This document shows positions 62,109-64,000 of a stretch of 64,000 bases of DNA, one piece after another. The translations under genes were made by a program, and so were the position numbers. The stretch's first letter is position 1. Every line of letters starts with the position of its first letter. Origin of the DNA: Clostridia bacterium (GTDB lineage: Bacteria; Bacillota; Clostridia; Oscillospirales; CAG-272); the NCBI GenBank assembly GCA_017412045.1, contig JAFQOX010000017.1:6183-70182 (forward strand), read 5' to 3'. The notes under the pieces are model-generated. The model worked only from the letters and a program-made list of their open reading frames with translations, did not search any database and was not told the origin of the DNA.

Positions 62109-63632
62109 TTATTGCGTAATAAAGCTCTGGAAAGGATAGGTCGCATTTTCAAGCGCCTTCAGAACCGGGATCAATGAAGCGCGCGTCGTATTCGCGTCCA
62201 CGGTCATTGCTTCCGCTTCTGCCGTGATCTGCCGCAGAGTCGCGACCGGTTGCGCGTATTCCGCGATCTTGAAATAATCGCTGTTGGCATCGATATAAGC
62301 GATTTCGTCCTGCGCCAGACGGAGCAATCGCGCAAACTCATTATTTGCGTTATTGTCCTTCGCCTGCACGAGCGTGTCGATATCTACGTTTGCCGCGACG
62401 TTATAGCTGTAATTTTCCGTTACGCGGTACGTTTTTGCTACGGATTTCCAGTTATCCGTAACGAACGAGCCTTTTCCGTTGCCGTCGCCTTCGTAGCTGA
62501 CGATATTGGCAATGCCCTCGTAAATATCGCCGATCTGATACCATTCGCCGAGAATCGTGTAATTTCCGGTCCTGTTATCAATCATACCGCTGTTCGTACA
62601 GGTAGAAACCGAAACGTAGACCTCCGCCCATTTCTGGGTGTCCCACCAATTGTTGGAATATTCACCCTCGTCATCCACTCTGTCCAGGTTGTTCGGCGTC
62701 ATATAGATCGTCATTTCACAGCCGCGCCCCTTAGTTGTGCTTCCTCCGTTCGTCGCCGTGTAAGCGTCGCCCGTTCTCTCGTTATTATCGAGATTTTCTC
62801 GCTTGATCATGACCGTTACTTTTTTCTCGACGCCGTCTACCGTCAGCGTCAGACCGCTGCCGATCAGACTTTCCACGATCACGGCATCCGCCTTTGCTTG
62901 CTCCGAGGCGGAGTTGTCGCCCGCCTGGCTAACGTTTCCGATATAGTTTGCCTGCCAATCCGCATTCGTATATTTATTATCAATATTAACGATCAGGGTA
63001 TTATAATTTTCCGGTGTATTCAAGGCTCCCAAAAATGAAGTCATCGTTTTCTCGACCGCCATTTCACCCATAGACTCTACGTGAACGCCGAATTTATAAT
63101 TCATCAGAAACGAAAGCTCGCGCGTTCTGTCTACAGCGTTTCCGAAGCTGTACGTCGCGTAAACCACGACCTCCTCCTGCGGACCGATCGAGGTACCGGC
63201 AGTAAAATTGGTCACGTTATTCGATTTTTTCAGCGAAATGGTAAATTTATCGCTTGCCGCTGTCGTGCTGTAAAGATCGTGATCGTAATCGCTGAACACC
63301 GTCATGCATTCAACCCCCTTAAAGGTATACGTATAACGGTAAGACATATTTTTGAAGGTAATTTTATATCTGACCGACGCGCCGTTTCCCGTGACGGTCA
63401 CGGCGTTTTCCAGATTCGTCGGAAATACGGCCTCATACGCGCCTGCGGTCAGATTGGAGGCGGAGCCGTCCACCATCGTCACGTCGCTGATACAAACGTA
63501 ATCGGTCGACTTCTGATAACTCAGATCGCCTGTCACCGTCAGCGTTTCAGCCAACTGGGCATATCCCGTACAGATAAACAAAAATAAAAAAGAGAATACG
63601 ACACACAGCACTCTCTGTCCCCGTTTTTGCAT
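62109..63632 (-). CDS. Secreted protein of unknown function (~507 aa)
   Basis: N-terminal signal peptide (RVLCVVFSFLFLFICTGYAQLA). The mature part is beta-rich and Asn/Thr/Tyr-rich, with no sorting motif seen. AAAGGAGGG RBS favours the ATG at 63632. Confidence 0.55.
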   Translation of the reverse strand: MQKRGQRVLCVVFSFLFLFICTGYAQLAETLTVTGDLSYQKSTDYVCISDVTMVDGSASNLTAGAYEAVFPTNLENAVTVTGNGASVRYKITFKNMSYRYTYTFKGVECMTVFSDYDHDLYSTTAASDKFTISLKKSNNVTNFTAGTSIGPQEEVVVYATYSFGNAVDRTRELSFLMNYKFGVHVESMGEMAVEKTMTSFLGALNTPENYNTLIVNIDNKYTNADWQANYIGNVSQAGDNSASEQAKADAVIVESLIGSGLTLTVDGVEKKVTVMIKRENLDNNERTGDAYTATNGGSTTKGRGCEMTIYMTPNNLDRVDDEGEYSNNWWDTQKWAEVYVSVSTCTNSGMIDNRTGNYTILGEWYQIGDIYEGIANIVSYEGDGNGKGSFVTDNWKSVAKTYRVTENYSYNVAANVDIDTLVQAKDNNANNEFARLLRLAQDEIAYIDANSDYFKIAEYAQPVATLRQITAEAEAMTVDANTTRASLIPVLKALENATYPFQSFITQ

Positions 63633-63673
63633 ACGCGATACCCTCCTTTTCTGCATATCATTTTAATAGAAAG

Positions 63674-63704
63674 AGAAGTCTCCGGTTTTTACCCGGAGAC
63701 TCCG
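63674..63704 (-). terminator. Rho-independent terminator between the partial upstream gene and the secreted-protein gene
   Basis: GGAGTCTCCGGG-taaaaa-CCGGAGACTTC on the minus strand, followed by a T-rich run. Confidence 0.6.
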
Positions 63705-63721
63705 TTTTATTGGATTTTGTC

Positions 63722-64000
63722 TCAGGATTCCCCGTCATCCTTAGGCATAAGAGCTTCTTCTGCCTTACGCTTGAAGATACCGATCACCTTTCTCAACGGG
63801 CTGTCAAGGCTTTCGGCGTTGACCTTATGGTTTGCGCGGGCAACCGTCGCTTTGCGGAGCACGTCTTTATCCAGCGCCTCATCCTTATCGGGAACCAGAA
63901 TAATATCACCCGTATCGGCAAATTCTCCGTTGGGATCATAACGGTAGAGCTTCTTGCGAAGCGGCCATGCAACGCCAACGGCTTCCACGCCGTCCTCGTC
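63722..64000 (-). CDS. C-terminal part of an unidentified protein (N-terminus beyond the right window edge)
   Basis: The reading frame is open to position 64000 (…DEDGVEAVGVAWPLRKKLYRYDPNGEFADTGDIILVPDKDE…). No family recognised. Confidence 0.4.
   Translation of the reverse strand, partial: DEDGVEAVGVAWPLRKKLYRYDPNGEFADTGDIILVPDKDEALDKDVLRKATVARANHKVNAESLDSPLRKVIGIFKRKAEEALMPKDDGES

Overview
This 64-kb segment reads like the chromosome of a fairly GC-rich member of the Clostridia. The gene content suggests Oscillospiraceae/Ruminococcaceae: glgC-glgD-glgA-glgP, whiA, a lipoprotein serpin and a BspA-type LRR surface protein. The taxon call is inference only.

Most of the window is housekeeping or carbohydrate metabolism:
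- dnaE-whiA-murB
- a glycogen operon followed by GH13, GH31 and GH29 enzymes
- pepF
- csoR-copA
- an Ssu-like ABC importer
- a tRNA Gly-Arg-His cluster

I found no transposase, integrase, CRISPR array or prophage genes.

The most unusual part is 3.0-13.9 kb. It is a tightly packed, co-directional 11-gene envelope locus. An ECF-type sigma factor and a putative anti-sigma factor head it, and a large lipoprotein follows. Next comes a three-gene module present twice in tandem: a Cys/His-rich small lipoprotein, a 4-TM MacB-type permease, and an atypical 3-TM FtsX-like protein with a large C-terminal ectodomain. A single MacB/LolD-type ATPase closes the locus.

Other points worth a second look:
- an E2 acyltransferase-like protein with no lipoyl domain, a mutated catalytic motif (DPR in place of DHR) and about 40 tandem 18-bp repeats
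- a stand-alone GuaA synthetase-domain gene
- an in-frame Shine-Dalgarno plus ATG in front of the C-terminal metal-binding domain of CopA
- a low-GC islet encoding XRE, zinc-ribbon and coiled-coil membrane proteins
- a ThyX-fold protein lacking the ThyX signature
- a roughly 125-nt structured repeat in three copies, two of them inverted around a PHP phosphoesterase gene next to the tRNA cluster
- an exact 15-mer (AAAAAGTAAATGCTG) upstream of three consensus promoters, plus one degenerate copy

CDS coordinates come from the supplied ORF track, with start codons re-picked using RBS and homology logic. Small sites were counted by hand and may be off by 1-2 nt. All homology statements are recognition from the translated sequence, not database searches.
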